From contig OY970373.1 of NCBI GenBank assembly GCA_963718645.1, positions 2,855,900 to 2,919,899 on the forward strand: a DNA stretch of 64,000 nucleotides, in the 5' to 3' direction. Each line of letters starts with the position of its first letter. The first letter of the stretch is position 1. The notes under the pieces are model-generated. The model did no database searches. It had not been told where the DNA came from and saw only the letters and a list, made by a program, of their open reading frames with translations. This stretch comes from an uncultured Acidobacteriota bacterium. Lineage in GTDB: Bacteria > Acidobacteriota > Thermoanaerobaculia > Multivoradales > UBA5704. Below are positions 9,673 through 20,068 of the stretch, piece after piece. The translations under genes were made by a program, and so were the position numbers.

Positions 9673-10117
9673 GATGGCCTTGATCCCGATTCATCTTCCC
9701 GTCCGCATTGCCGCCGAGCTCCGACCTTCGCCCCAAGACAACCTCCTCGAAAACCCTCCGGTGAAGGTCCAGGACCTGGATCAAGAGCCGAGAGAATGCC
9801 TCTTCAGTTTCAGCCCGCAGCAGGGAACCACCCTCTTTAGGGGGGAGCATCCACGCGCCGGGACGATCGGACGAATTGAGTGCGGAGGCCCGCTCATCGA
9901 CCAAGCTCAGCGTGTAGAAGAAGTCGCAAACGCCGATGTCCAGGGCGCCGAGCACCTTCTCAAGCGAGTCCAGTCGGGGGAGCTCCTTTCCGTTCTCATA
10001 TTTCGAGAGCTGGCTTTTCCCGATCCTTGCGTCGCGGGCAATGCAAGCCTGGCTCTTGCCCCGAAGCTGTCGAATGAGCGTGAGAGTGTTCCCGACGTTA
10101 TGGAACAAAGATGCCAC
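9647..10117 (-). CDS. XRE-family HTH transcriptional regulator
   Basis: LRQLRGKSQACIARDARIGKSQLSKYENGKELPRLDSLEKVLGAL is a Cro/C1-type HTH. Confidence 0.7.
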   Translation of the reverse strand: MASLFHNVGNTLTLIRQLRGKSQACIARDARIGKSQLSKYENGKELPRLDSLEKVLGALDIGVCDFFYTLSLVDERASALNSSDRPGAWMLPPKEGGSLLRAETEEAFSRLLIQVLDLHRRVFEEVVLGRRSELGGNADGKMNRDQGHHEPPENQA

Positions 10118-10414
10118 CCATCACTCTGGGGTTGGGGCGGTAGGCCGCCACAAATTCCGGGAGCTGGCGGGCGGCACGCTCGAACGAGTCGCCCGAGCGG
10201 TGCGAGAAAAAAAGAGCGGGGCGGCGGGTGTCTCTTGCCGCCACCCCGGGAAAGGAACCACAGCCATCGGCTGGGCCGGAGGACTCTTGCATGCGTCTCG
10301 GGAAGGCCTTCCGGATGATCTCCCTCCGCTCTCGGATCAATCGATGCAATCTCTTCTTCTCCCTGTAGGCAGGTCGGTCGCCGTTTGGCACGCGGGCATC
10401 GTCCCCGAACGGCT

Positions 10415-10636
10415 TCAGAGAGGCGTGCAGGTCCCGAGGGCGCTCGGGCTGCGGAAGGCAAGAGCGCCGTCAAACTCCCAAGCCTGCCGCGTCACCGCCA
10501 CGCACTCCGGGCAGCCGCTCAGGAGATGGCGCACGACCAACTGACTCTCGGCGCGGGAGACCTCGCCGCGTAGGAAGCGCAGGAGAAGCTCCGTCTGGGG
10601 GTGTTCGCAAGGTCGCGTCATGGTCCTTGGAGGCAT
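10415..10636 (-). CDS. small zf-HC2 (anti-sigma-factor-type zinc finger) protein without a TM segment
   Basis: CEHPQTELLLRFLRGEVSRAESQLVVRHLLSGCPEC matches the HxxxCxxC zf-HC2 pattern. It is divergent from HTH-TPR regulator 1. The start may instead be the MTRPCEH Met at 10621. Confidence 0.45.
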   Translation of the reverse strand: MPPRTMTRPCEHPQTELLLRFLRGEVSRAESQLVVRHLLSGCPECVAVTRQAWEFDGALAFRSPSALGTCTPL

Positions 10637-10838
10637 CCGGCTCGGTTCGGCGTCTCCAACGGAGAGGGTAGGGTCATCGCCGGGCGGCAGTTACCCGAAA
10701 GCGGTAAGCGGTCCTCCAAGGAGACCGGAGTATGGAATTTTCTTCTCAGTTCCGCCAACAAGCGGTTGGGAATTCACGTGCGCTTGTCACGCTAAGGCAT
10801 ACTTGAGGTACTTCTATAGTTGAGCCCGGAGAAGGTGC

Positions 10839-12308
10839 ATGCCGCAACCCAACCCCACGCCACTTAGCCTGAGCCTGGCCTTCCTGCGCCTCATCCAGGG
10901 CTGGAGCCAGGCGAAACTGGCTAAGGCCACCGGGATCTCGGTGAAGATGCTCTCGCGGTATGAGACGGGGAGGACCACTCTCTCCCGAGAGCTGCTGGAA
11001 AGGATCGTTGTCGCGATGGGCTTCGGGCCTGAGGCGATCGATTGGAGCCTCTTCTATCTCCGACAGGTCCGCCAGGAGATGGATGCCGCCGCCTCGCCCG
11101 CGGGGCCAACGGCAGCGGAGCGCCGGCTCATCGAACGGGCCACGCTCGCGAAGGCCTTGTCCGGGGCGGATGAAACGCGCTCGGAGCTCACCCGCTCCCT
11201 CCGGAACCTCCGCGCGGAGCAAGACCGCCGGGAGGCACAGCGCCTCTGGGAGTACCTGAAGGGCCGCCGGGCCAGAGACCGGCGGGTGCTTGTCGAGGGC
11301 GGGCGGGAGTACAAGAGTTGGGCTCTCTGCGAGCGGCTCTGCTTTGCCAGCTTGACGGCTGCGGCGGACGACTCCGTCGAAGCAGTGGGATTGGCGGAGT
11401 TAGCCGTGAGGGTTGCCGAGCTGGTGGGGAGGGAGGAGCCCGAGCACATGGGCCTCCAGGGCTATGCCTTCGCTTTTCTCGGGAACGCTCGCCGAGTCCA
11501 GGGAAATCACCCAAGCGCCGAGGAGGCATTCGCCCAATTTGAGCAGTTGTGGAGTGGGGGAAGTCCCGCAGGCCACTGTCTCCTCGATGGAGCGCGCCCC
11601 CTCGACCTCAAGGCGTCGCTACGGAGGCATCAGGGAAGCTTCGACGAAGCCTTGGATCTGCACGCCCGGGCACTCGCAATGGCGAACCCGGCTGACCACG
11701 GTTCGTTCCTACTCAACAAGGCAAAAACTCTGGAGGAAATGGCCCGCTACGAAGAAGCGATCGAGACGCTGAAACAAGCTGAACCCTTATTAGGTGGCGG
11801 ACCGCGCGAGTCACGGCATTGGTTCGCGCTCCGGTGCAACCTTACGGTCAATCTTTGCCACCTGGGGCGCTTTGATGAGGCGGAAGCATTCTTGCCGGAA
11901 GTGCGGCAACTGGTAGACCGGTCTGGCAATCGACTCGACAAATTGCGGGTGCGTTGGCTGGAGGGACGAGTCGCAGCCGGCATGGGACGGTGGGACGAGG
12001 CTCTCGCCGCTCTGTCCCAGGTGCGGGCGGAGTTTACCTCGCGCGGGATCGCTTTCGACACCGCCCTGGTTAACCTGGAGCTTGCGGTAGTCCACCTGGA
12101 GTTGGGGCGCATTGGAGAGGTAAAGACGCTCGCGCGGCAGGTGCTGCCGATCTTCAAGGCGCAAGGAGGGCACCGCGAGGCCTTTGCGGCGCTCTTGCTT
12201 TTTCGCGAGGCCGCCGAAAGCGAGGCGGTCACGGTGGAGTTTACCCAGCGTCTTATCGAATACCTCCACCGCGCCCGCTACGACCCGAACCTCCGCTTCG
12301 AAGCCTGA
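10839..12308 (+). CDS. HTH(XRE)-TPR transcriptional regulator, paralog 1 (RRNPP/AimR-like architecture)
   Basis: GGAGAAGG RBS. The N-terminus LRLIQGWSQAKLAKATGISVKMLSRYETGRTTLSRELLERIVVAMG is an XRE HTH. The C-terminal ~400 aa is helical-repeat and very similar to paralog 2, e.g. RRVLVEGGREYKSWALCERLCFASL...NARRVQGNHPSAE. Confidence 0.75.
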   Translation: MPQPNPTPLSLSLAFLRLIQGWSQAKLAKATGISVKMLSRYETGRTTLSRELLERIVVAMGFGPEAIDWSLFYLRQVRQEMDAAASPAGPTAAERRLIERATLAKALSGADETRSELTRSLRNLRAEQDRREAQRLWEYLKGRRARDRRVLVEGGREYKSWALCERLCFASLTAAADDSVEAVGLAELAVRVAELVGREEPEHMGLQGYAFAFLGNARRVQGNHPSAEEAFAQFEQLWSGGSPAGHCLLDGARPLDLKASLRRHQGSFDEALDLHARALAMANPADHGSFLLNKAKTLEEMARYEEAIETLKQAEPLLGGGPRESRHWFALRCNLTVNLCHLGRFDEAEAFLPEVRQLVDRSGNRLDKLRVRWLEGRVAAGMGRWDEALAALSQVRAEFTSRGIAFDTALVNLELAVVHLELGRIGEVKTLARQVLPIFKAQGGHREAFAALLLFREAAESEAVTVEFTQRLIEYLHRARYDPNLRFEA

Positions 12309-12434
12309 GCATCAGAGCCGCCCGTCAATAGAGCCTCGCTTGCCGCTACGCCTCACGATCCCACCAGGACCAGGCTCGAAACGTCGCGGAGATCATCGCC
12401 TGTCCCTTGGCTTGCAGAGAGGCCAGCCCTGGCT

Positions 12435-12740
12435 TCAGTGCCCGCCCGTACAGCGGCCGTTCGGATCGATGCTGCAACCAGTGTCCGCTTGGGCAGGAGC
12501 GTTTGAACCAGCGCCGGCTTGGCAAGAGGCGCCGTGCGGATCGATCGAACAGCCGGTCTTAAGGAAAACACGGCCGAGCGTCTCCCAGAGGCGGACCAGG
12601 ACATCCGGCTGCATCGCAACAATGCGCGGTTCTCGGCCAAGCTCGATAGCGCGCGGCTGCGCCGCCGCCCAGGGCGACCCGATGGCCATCACTCCAAGAA
12701 CTAGGACGAGGATCACCCGATGAGAGCGGGAAGAGAACAT
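12435..12740 (-). CDS. small secreted cysteine-repeat peptide (102 aa precursor with signal peptide)
   Basis: The internal ATG at 12740 has a GGAG 7 nt upstream. MFSSRSHRVILVLVLGVMAIGSPWAAAQP looks like a Sec signal peptide. The mature part carries two GCSIDP(H/N)G..C repeats, encoded by repeated cGGATCGAT at the nucleotide level. It is divergent from regulator 2 and convergent with regulator 1. Confidence 0.5.
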   Translation of the reverse strand: MFSSRSHRVILVLVLGVMAIGSPWAAAQPRAIELGREPRIVAMQPDVLVRLWETLGRVFLKTGCSIDPHGASCQAGAGSNAPAQADTGCSIDPNGRCTGGH

Positions 12741-12864
12741 AATGAGTCTCCTTTTCACGGGGGCCACACGGCGCTGCCACCGTGGCCGCCGGCGCCTCTC
12801 CAACCAGTATGGTGCCTTGCGGGGAAGATTAGTCTACCCAAGAGGTCTTCAGGGAGGACCGCTG

Positions 12865-14337
12865 ATGACGAGGCAACGGGAGCTAACAGCCAGCGGCGTA
12901 GTCGTAGGCCTTCTCCGCTTGCTCCGTGGCTGGAACCAAACGGAGTTGGCGAATGCCTCCGGAATCGACAAGTCCCTGATCTCCCGCTATGAGCGAGGAA
13001 CCAAGGTGCCGAGCCGTCGAACCTTGGAACGCCTCGCCGCCGCCGCAGGCATCCCCTTTTCTTGGGTAGAGCGGCAACTCCCGGAGATCCGTGCAGCTCT
13101 CGCCGCGATCAAGGAGGGAGCACCCGCCGTGGCCCAAAGCTCCGCCGGCACGACCGATGTGGAACAAGCGGTTCTCGCACAACTCGGTTTCCAACTGGAA
13201 GGGCAGTCTCCTCCCACACCGAAGCAGGCTCGAAGAGAGGCTCAGGGGCTTTGGGACTACTTTAAAAACCGATCAGCTCGGGACCAGCGAGTGCTTGTCG
13301 AGGGCGCACGGGAATATCAGAGTTGGGCCTTTTGCGAGCGTCTCTGCTTCGCCAGTTTAGCGACTGCGGCGAACGACCCCCTGGAAGCGGTGGAGTTGGC
13401 GGAACTGGCCGTCAGGGTTGCCGAGCTGGTGGGGGGAGAGGTCCCCGAGCGCCAACGTATTCAGGGCTATGCCTGCGCTTTTCTCGGGAACGCCCGCCGG
13501 GTTCAGGGGAATCACCCAAGCGCCGAGGCAGCCTTTGGCCTTTCCGATCGGCTCTGGATCGCGAGCGCTTCCGGGAGCGCGGGTCCTCTCGATGAAGCAC
13601 GTCCGCTCGACCTCAAGGCCTCTCTCCGGCGGCACCAGGACCGATGCGCAGAAGCCCTTGAGCTGCACGACCGGGCGCTGAGATTGGCGAACCCGGCTGA
13701 CCACGGCTCGTTCCTGATCAACAAGGCAAAGACCCTGGAAGAAATGGCCCGGTTCGCCGAGGCTGTCGAAGCGCTTACCCATGCCGCGCCCCTGGTCAAA
13801 GCAGGGCGCGAACCGCGGCTCCTGTTCGCACTTCACTGCAACCTGACGGTCAATTTATGCCATTTGGACCGGTATGCCGAGGCCGAAGCCTTGTTGCCGG
13901 AGGTGCAGCGGCTCGTCGGAGGACTCGGAACGCGACTGGACACGGTACGGGTTCGCTGGCTTGAAGGCAAGGTGGCGGCCGGCTTGGGCAGACGCGAGGA
14001 AGGCATCGCCGCTTTGAAGGAGGTGCAGCAGGAATTCAAGGACCGCGGAATCGCCTTCGACACTGCCCTGGTCTCGCTAGAGCTTGCGGTGGTCCACCTT
14101 GAAGAGGGGCACACCTCAGAAGTCAAGACACTTGCGCAGCAGATGACGATCATCTTCAAGGCACAGGGAGTCCATCGGGAGGTTCTGGCGGCGCTCCGGC
14201 TTTTCTGGGACGCCGCTAAACGGGAAACGGCGACCGTGGACTTGGCGCGGCAGCTCGTGAGGTTTCTTCATCGCGCTCGGCATGACCCAGACCTGAAGTT
14301 TGAGCCTGAGAGCCAGCCGCTCCAAGGCAGGCCATAG
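12865..14337 (+). CDS. HTH(XRE)-TPR transcriptional regulator, paralog 2
   Basis: GGGAGG RBS precedes the ATG at 12865; the ORF-track start at 12742 is an upstream extension. The HTH is LLRLLRGWNQTELANASGIDKSLISRYERGTKVPSRRTLERLAAAAG. The C-terminal region is collinear and highly similar to paralog 1; 490 aa. Confidence 0.75.
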   Translation: MTRQRELTASGVVVGLLRLLRGWNQTELANASGIDKSLISRYERGTKVPSRRTLERLAAAAGIPFSWVERQLPEIRAALAAIKEGAPAVAQSSAGTTDVEQAVLAQLGFQLEGQSPPTPKQARREAQGLWDYFKNRSARDQRVLVEGAREYQSWAFCERLCFASLATAANDPLEAVELAELAVRVAELVGGEVPERQRIQGYACAFLGNARRVQGNHPSAEAAFGLSDRLWIASASGSAGPLDEARPLDLKASLRRHQDRCAEALELHDRALRLANPADHGSFLINKAKTLEEMARFAEAVEALTHAAPLVKAGREPRLLFALHCNLTVNLCHLDRYAEAEALLPEVQRLVGGLGTRLDTVRVRWLEGKVAAGLGRREEGIAALKEVQQEFKDRGIAFDTALVSLELAVVHLEEGHTSEVKTLAQQMTIIFKAQGVHREVLAALRLFWDAAKRETATVDLARQLVRFLHRARHDPDLKFEPESQPLQGRP

Positions 14338-14361
14338 GGCATCGCGGAGACCGGCTTCCCG

Positions 14362-14814
14362 CTACTCCACGGCGAGGATCTCGGGAACGATCCGGCCGTC
14401 TGCGACGGTGAGGACGGCGAGGGTGAGGGGATAGGAGAAGCGCCGCGGCCCCACGGCTCCAGGATTGAGGAAGAGACAGGCACCTCGCCACTCAAGCTCC
14501 GGCCGGTGGCTGTGGCCGAAGACCACGAGGCGAGCCTGCTTCGCCCAGAGAGGATCGACGTCCTCCCGGCGGTGGATCATCCGAAAAGGCAGGCCGTCCA
14601 GGTCCCCGGAGGCCATAAGGGGCAGTTCCTCGGCCTCTGGGCCGGAGTCCGTGTTCCCGCGCACGACATCGACCGGCGCGATCTCGCGGAGCTTCTTCAA
14701 GACCTCTGTGCCTCCCACATCTCCCGCGTGGAGAATCCGGTCCGAGCCCGCAAGGAGGGTGAGGACCCGGGGCCGCAGGAGTCCGTGGGTGTCCGAGAGC
14801 ACTCCGACGCGCAT
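14362..14814 (-). CDS. metallophosphoesterase (YfcE/MJ0936-like phosphodiesterase)
   Basis: GVLSDTHG, HAGD, GNTD and FGHSH motifs are present. Confidence 0.75.
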   Translation of the reverse strand: MRVGVLSDTHGLLRPRVLTLLAGSDRILHAGDVGGTEVLKKLREIAPVDVVRGNTDSGPEAEELPLMASGDLDGLPFRMIHRREDVDPLWAKQARLVVFGHSHRPELEWRGACLFLNPGAVGPRRFSYPLTLAVLTVADGRIVPEILAVE

Positions 14815-14860
14815 GGGAGGAACGCTATCCCATGGGGAAGCTCCGGCTCAATGCTCCGGC

Positions 14861-15313
14861 TTACACGCCTTCCCGTGTAATTGCTACAGCCGCCATGAAC
14901 TCTTCGAGCGTTTGCCGCACCCTGTCGTGCCCGTCTCCCACCCGGCCCGCCTCCCATGCCCGCACGGTCGAAGGGTCGAGACCCAGGTGAAGGGCAAGGG
15001 CCTTTTGGGAGAGCCCCATGACCTTGCGCGCCGCCCGGAGGCGCTCGGACAAGGACCGCGGCGCGGGGTTGGGGTCGTGGCCCAGGAAGCGGATGACCCG
15101 GGAGTAGGGCGCCTCGCCGACCTTGGCCCGGCCGTTTTCCCAATTCTTCACGGTGGCCAGGGAGACCCCGAGCGCCCGCGCCGTTTCGCGCAGGGTGAGC
15201 CCGAGTTCCGAGCGCCGCAGCCGCAGGTGCTCCCCCAAAGGCACCTCTGGCACGGGGGGTGCAGAGTCCAGGGCCGGTTTAGACGTAGAGAGGATAAGAT
15301 CGCAAAATGGCAA
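14861..15313 (-). CDS. tandem double-HTH (XRE-type) DNA-binding protein
   Basis: Two HTH_XRE-like segments: LRETARALGVSLATVKNWENGR and LSQKALALHLGLDPSTVRAWEAGR. Confidence 0.6.
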   Translation of the reverse strand: MPFCDLILSTSKPALDSAPPVPEVPLGEHLRLRRSELGLTLRETARALGVSLATVKNWENGRAKVGEAPYSRVIRFLGHDPNPAPRSLSERLRAARKVMGLSQKALALHLGLDPSTVRAWEAGRVGDGHDRVRQTLEEFMAAVAITREGV

Positions 15314-15482
15314 CGCGATTAGGAGCTTGCGGCAACCGGCGCTTCCATCTGCCCCTCACGCTCGCTATTCTCAGGGTGGCCGACTCGTCGGTCGTGCCCG
15401 AGATCCTGGCGGTCGAGTAGGCAGGAGTCAGTCGAGGGCCGGGAGTCGACCGCATCCCATTTGAGACAAGGAGAGAGAGAGC

Positions 15483-16781
15483 ATGCGACACCCACGCCGC
15501 ATCGTCTTGCTGTGCCTGATGACCGCCCTGGGCGGGTCAAGCCTCGCGTCAGCCTCGGGCTTCGGGCTGTTCCAGCACGGCGCCCGCGCCATCGGGCAGG
15601 CCGGTGCCTTCACGGCCCGCGCCGTCGACCCCTCGACCGTCACCTACGACCCGGCGGGGATCACCCAGCTAGCCGGCCTGCAGGCCGAGGCCGGCCTCGA
15701 CATGAACAACCCCACGGTCGACTACCAGAGCTCGACCGGCAGCTTCGCGGCCCGGCACATTATCCAGTTCCCGCCGGCGCTCTACGTGACCTGGAAGCCG
15801 AAGAGCGGGCCACTGGCCTTCGGGCTCGGCTACGACTCCCCCTTCAACGACAGCCTGTTCTGGGATCCCGTGGACTTCCCCGGCCGCTTCGTCAACCGCC
15901 GCACCGAGCTCCGCCTTTATGAGATCCACCCGATCGTGGCCTACGACCTGGGCGAGGGGTGGAGCGTCGGCGCCGGGTTCCGCTACGCCTTCGGCAACCT
16001 CGACCGCGACGTCAACGGCATCGAGACGGTCGACGTCGTCACCACGCCCGGCCCGGCGACGCCGGTGAGCGTCGAGCTCCGGCGCAACGCCACGGCGGAC
16101 ATCAACGGCACGGCTTGGGACGCCTCCGTTCACTACGGCGCGCCGTCCTGGGGTTTCGGTGCCGTGTTCAAGAGCGCCGAGAGCCTGAAGGGGAACGGCA
16201 CCGTGTCGTACGTGACCCGTGACACACCTACCGTCCCGGGCTTCGACATGGCATTCCAGACGCAGTTCGCCAACGGCCGCACCCGGGAGTCCTTCGAGCT
16301 CCCCCGCGAGGTGCGGGGGGGCATCTGGTACGCCCCCTACCCCGAGCTGCGGATCGAATTCGACGCCAGCTTCCAGAGCTGGTCGAGCCTCCAGACGACG
16401 GACATCACCTACTCGCCCAACCCGTTCAACCCGAGCTTCCCGACCGAGAGCACGCCGCGGGACTGGAAGGACACCACCGGCCTGCGGCTAGGCGTCGAGG
16501 GGAACGTCACCGACCACTTCCTGCTCTACGGCGGCGTCGCCCGCGAGCAGTCGCCGGTACCCGACCGCACCGTCGAGCCCGGCTTCCCCTATGGCGATTT
16601 CATGGTCTACGCCGCGGGCTTCGGCTACGAATTCGCCACGATCTCGTTCGACATGGCGTACTCGTACCACAAGTTCGACAGCCACAACGCTCCGCATCAG
16701 GAGCTGCAGAACCCGGCAGTCACCGGGTCCTACAGCGGCCGCGACAGCGTCTTCGGCCTGACGGCGCGCTGGCGGTTCTAG
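15483..16781 (+). CDS. FadL/TodX/OMPP1-family outer-membrane transport protein
   Basis: Signal peptide, GFGLFQHGARAIGQAGAFTA family signature, and a C-terminal ...RWRF aromatic terminus. Confidence 0.8.
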   Translation: MRHPRRIVLLCLMTALGGSSLASASGFGLFQHGARAIGQAGAFTARAVDPSTVTYDPAGITQLAGLQAEAGLDMNNPTVDYQSSTGSFAARHIIQFPPALYVTWKPKSGPLAFGLGYDSPFNDSLFWDPVDFPGRFVNRRTELRLYEIHPIVAYDLGEGWSVGAGFRYAFGNLDRDVNGIETVDVVTTPGPATPVSVELRRNATADINGTAWDASVHYGAPSWGFGAVFKSAESLKGNGTVSYVTRDTPTVPGFDMAFQTQFANGRTRESFELPREVRGGIWYAPYPELRIEFDASFQSWSSLQTTDITYSPNPFNPSFPTESTPRDWKDTTGLRLGVEGNVTDHFLLYGGVAREQSPVPDRTVEPGFPYGDFMVYAAGFGYEFATISFDMAYSYHKFDSHNAPHQELQNPAVTGSYSGRDSVFGLTARWRF

Positions 16782-16783
16782 GG

Positions 16784-16890
16784 CAACACGGACGAGCACG
16801 GACGCACAGGGACCTTCACGGACCGTGAAGAGATCCCCCCTGGTCCGTGCAAGTCCTTTCCTCGTCCGTGGCAGTCTGTGAGGCCCTTAC
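16784..16890. repeat. CACGGAC-type REP-like palindromic element, copy a
   Basis: aacacggacgagcacggacg ... gtccgtgcaagtcc...cgtccgtgg lies between convergent genes. Confidence 0.6.
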
Positions 16891-16892
16891 CC

Positions 16893-18905
<2,013 letters not shown>

Positions 18906-19165
18906 CGAGGGCTTCTCCTTTCGCGCTTTCGCAACGGACGGCGCCCGCCCATCCCGGTGACGGGGAGGTGGCGGAGCGCTGACATTCTATCCAAACGCCG
19001 ACGGTCCCGGGAGGAATTTCGGACTCCGGATCTCGCAGGCCGGATGGGTCTGTCGCTTGCTTCGACGCGGTGCCTGGTGGTATCCTCGACATCAGTTCGG
19101 AGGTTCTAATCGTGTCGAGACATGCAGCAGCGGTATCCCAGAAGGTGCTGTGCTACGATGACCGC

Positions 19166-19387
19166 ATGGCCGGCGTCGTTTCCCCCGGAGTCGCGGCAAA
19201 GCGCGTCAGGGCGAGGACGCCGCACACGAAGAAGCACATCGTGGTCCCCGCCACGGCCGAGCAGATCTCCAGGGGCGTCGGAGTCACCAGGAAGGACGCG
19301 GCCCTGGTCAGGAAGGTTCTGCTCCAGTTGGGGTATATCCAGGCAAAGACTCCCGCGAAAGCCAAGACGAGATCCTCGCAGGATTGA
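19166..19387 (+). CDS. small basic protein, possible DNA-binding (hypothetical)
   Basis: High GC3 begins at MAGVVSPG..., and the C-terminus is KKHIVVPATAEQISRGVGVTRKDAALVRKVLLQLGY. The ORF-track start at 19070 is a low-GC3 extension. Confidence 0.35.
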   Translation: MAGVVSPGVAAKRVRARTPHTKKHIVVPATAEQISRGVGVTRKDAALVRKVLLQLGYIQAKTPAKAKTRSSQD

Positions 19388-19402
19388 CGGCTCCCGCCAT
19401 CA

Positions 19403-20020
19403 GTGCCTCCATCCTCCGTTACATCCCACTACACGGTGTTCCTGAACGTACCCTTCGACAAGGGGTATCGTCCGCTCTTTCTTGCTTTGATCGCGGGACT
19501 GGCGGCCTTGGGCTGCGAGCCTCACTGCGTCCTGGAGATCCCCAGCGGCGGACAGAACCGCTTGGACCGGATCTACGGTCTGATCGAGGCATGCGGGGCC
19601 TCAGTCCACGACCTCAGCCGGGTTTCCTTGTCAGGTCCACTCAGAGTGCCCCGATTCAACATGCCGTTCGAGCTGGGGCTCGCCTACTCCATCGCCCGCC
19701 GCCAAGCGCACGGCTTTTTCGTCCTCGAGGAGCGCCCCCATCGGATCCAGGCCAGCTTGAGCGATTTCAACGGGCACGACACGCACATTCACGAGGGGAC
19801 CCAGGACGGAATCCTGAGCTGTCTCCTGGACTGCTTCGGGCTGCAAGGCAGGCCGCAGCCGGCCTTTGCGACACTGAGGTCGATGACACGCAAGTTGAGC
19901 CGAGCCGTCGCGGCCCTGGAGTCCGCGCAAGGGCTCGATCATCCTTTCCATCCCTATATCTTTCGCCAGGCCGTGAGCGCCGCCGTCCAGCTCGCCCGCG
20001 CTGAAGGCCTCCTCGCCTGA
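19403..20020 (+). CDS. hypothetical protein (205 aa), family not recognised
   Basis: ORF with host-like codon usage. The YTVFLNVPFDKGY ... MPFELGLAY motifs are vaguely Rossmann/TIR-like. Confidence 0.45.
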   Translation: MPPSSVTSHYTVFLNVPFDKGYRPLFLALIAGLAALGCEPHCVLEIPSGGQNRLDRIYGLIEACGASVHDLSRVSLSGPLRVPRFNMPFELGLAYSIARRQAHGFFVLEERPHRIQASLSDFNGHDTHIHEGTQDGILSCLLDCFGLQGRPQPAFATLRSMTRKLSRAVAALESAQGLDHPFHPYIFRQAVSAAVQLARAEGLLA

Positions 20021-20068
20021 CTCCTTCAGGGCCCGCCGGTCTTTCACGGCCATGATATAAGCCCGGCC

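Larger units (their letters stand above)
1..15400. mobile_element. putative integrated mobile element / prophage-like island (serine recombinase, RuvC-like resolvase, primase-like, regulators; lower-GC cargo at 1-4100). Boundaries undefined and the left end lies off-window.
   Basis: Gene content and the GC shift. No att repeats could be identified by eye. Confidence 0.4.

Noticed and set aside
10098-10391. 97-aa basic ORF upstream of the XRE regulator
   Set aside because: No recognisable features and atypical composition. It could be a leader or regulatory region, and the evidence is not enough to call it a CDS.
12742-12864. Upstream extension (MSLLFTGATRRCHRGRRR...) of HTH-TPR regulator 2
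   Set aside because: A strong GGGAGG RBS precedes the ATG at 12865, and the paralog alignment begins there. The extension also overlaps the divergent small-peptide gene start.
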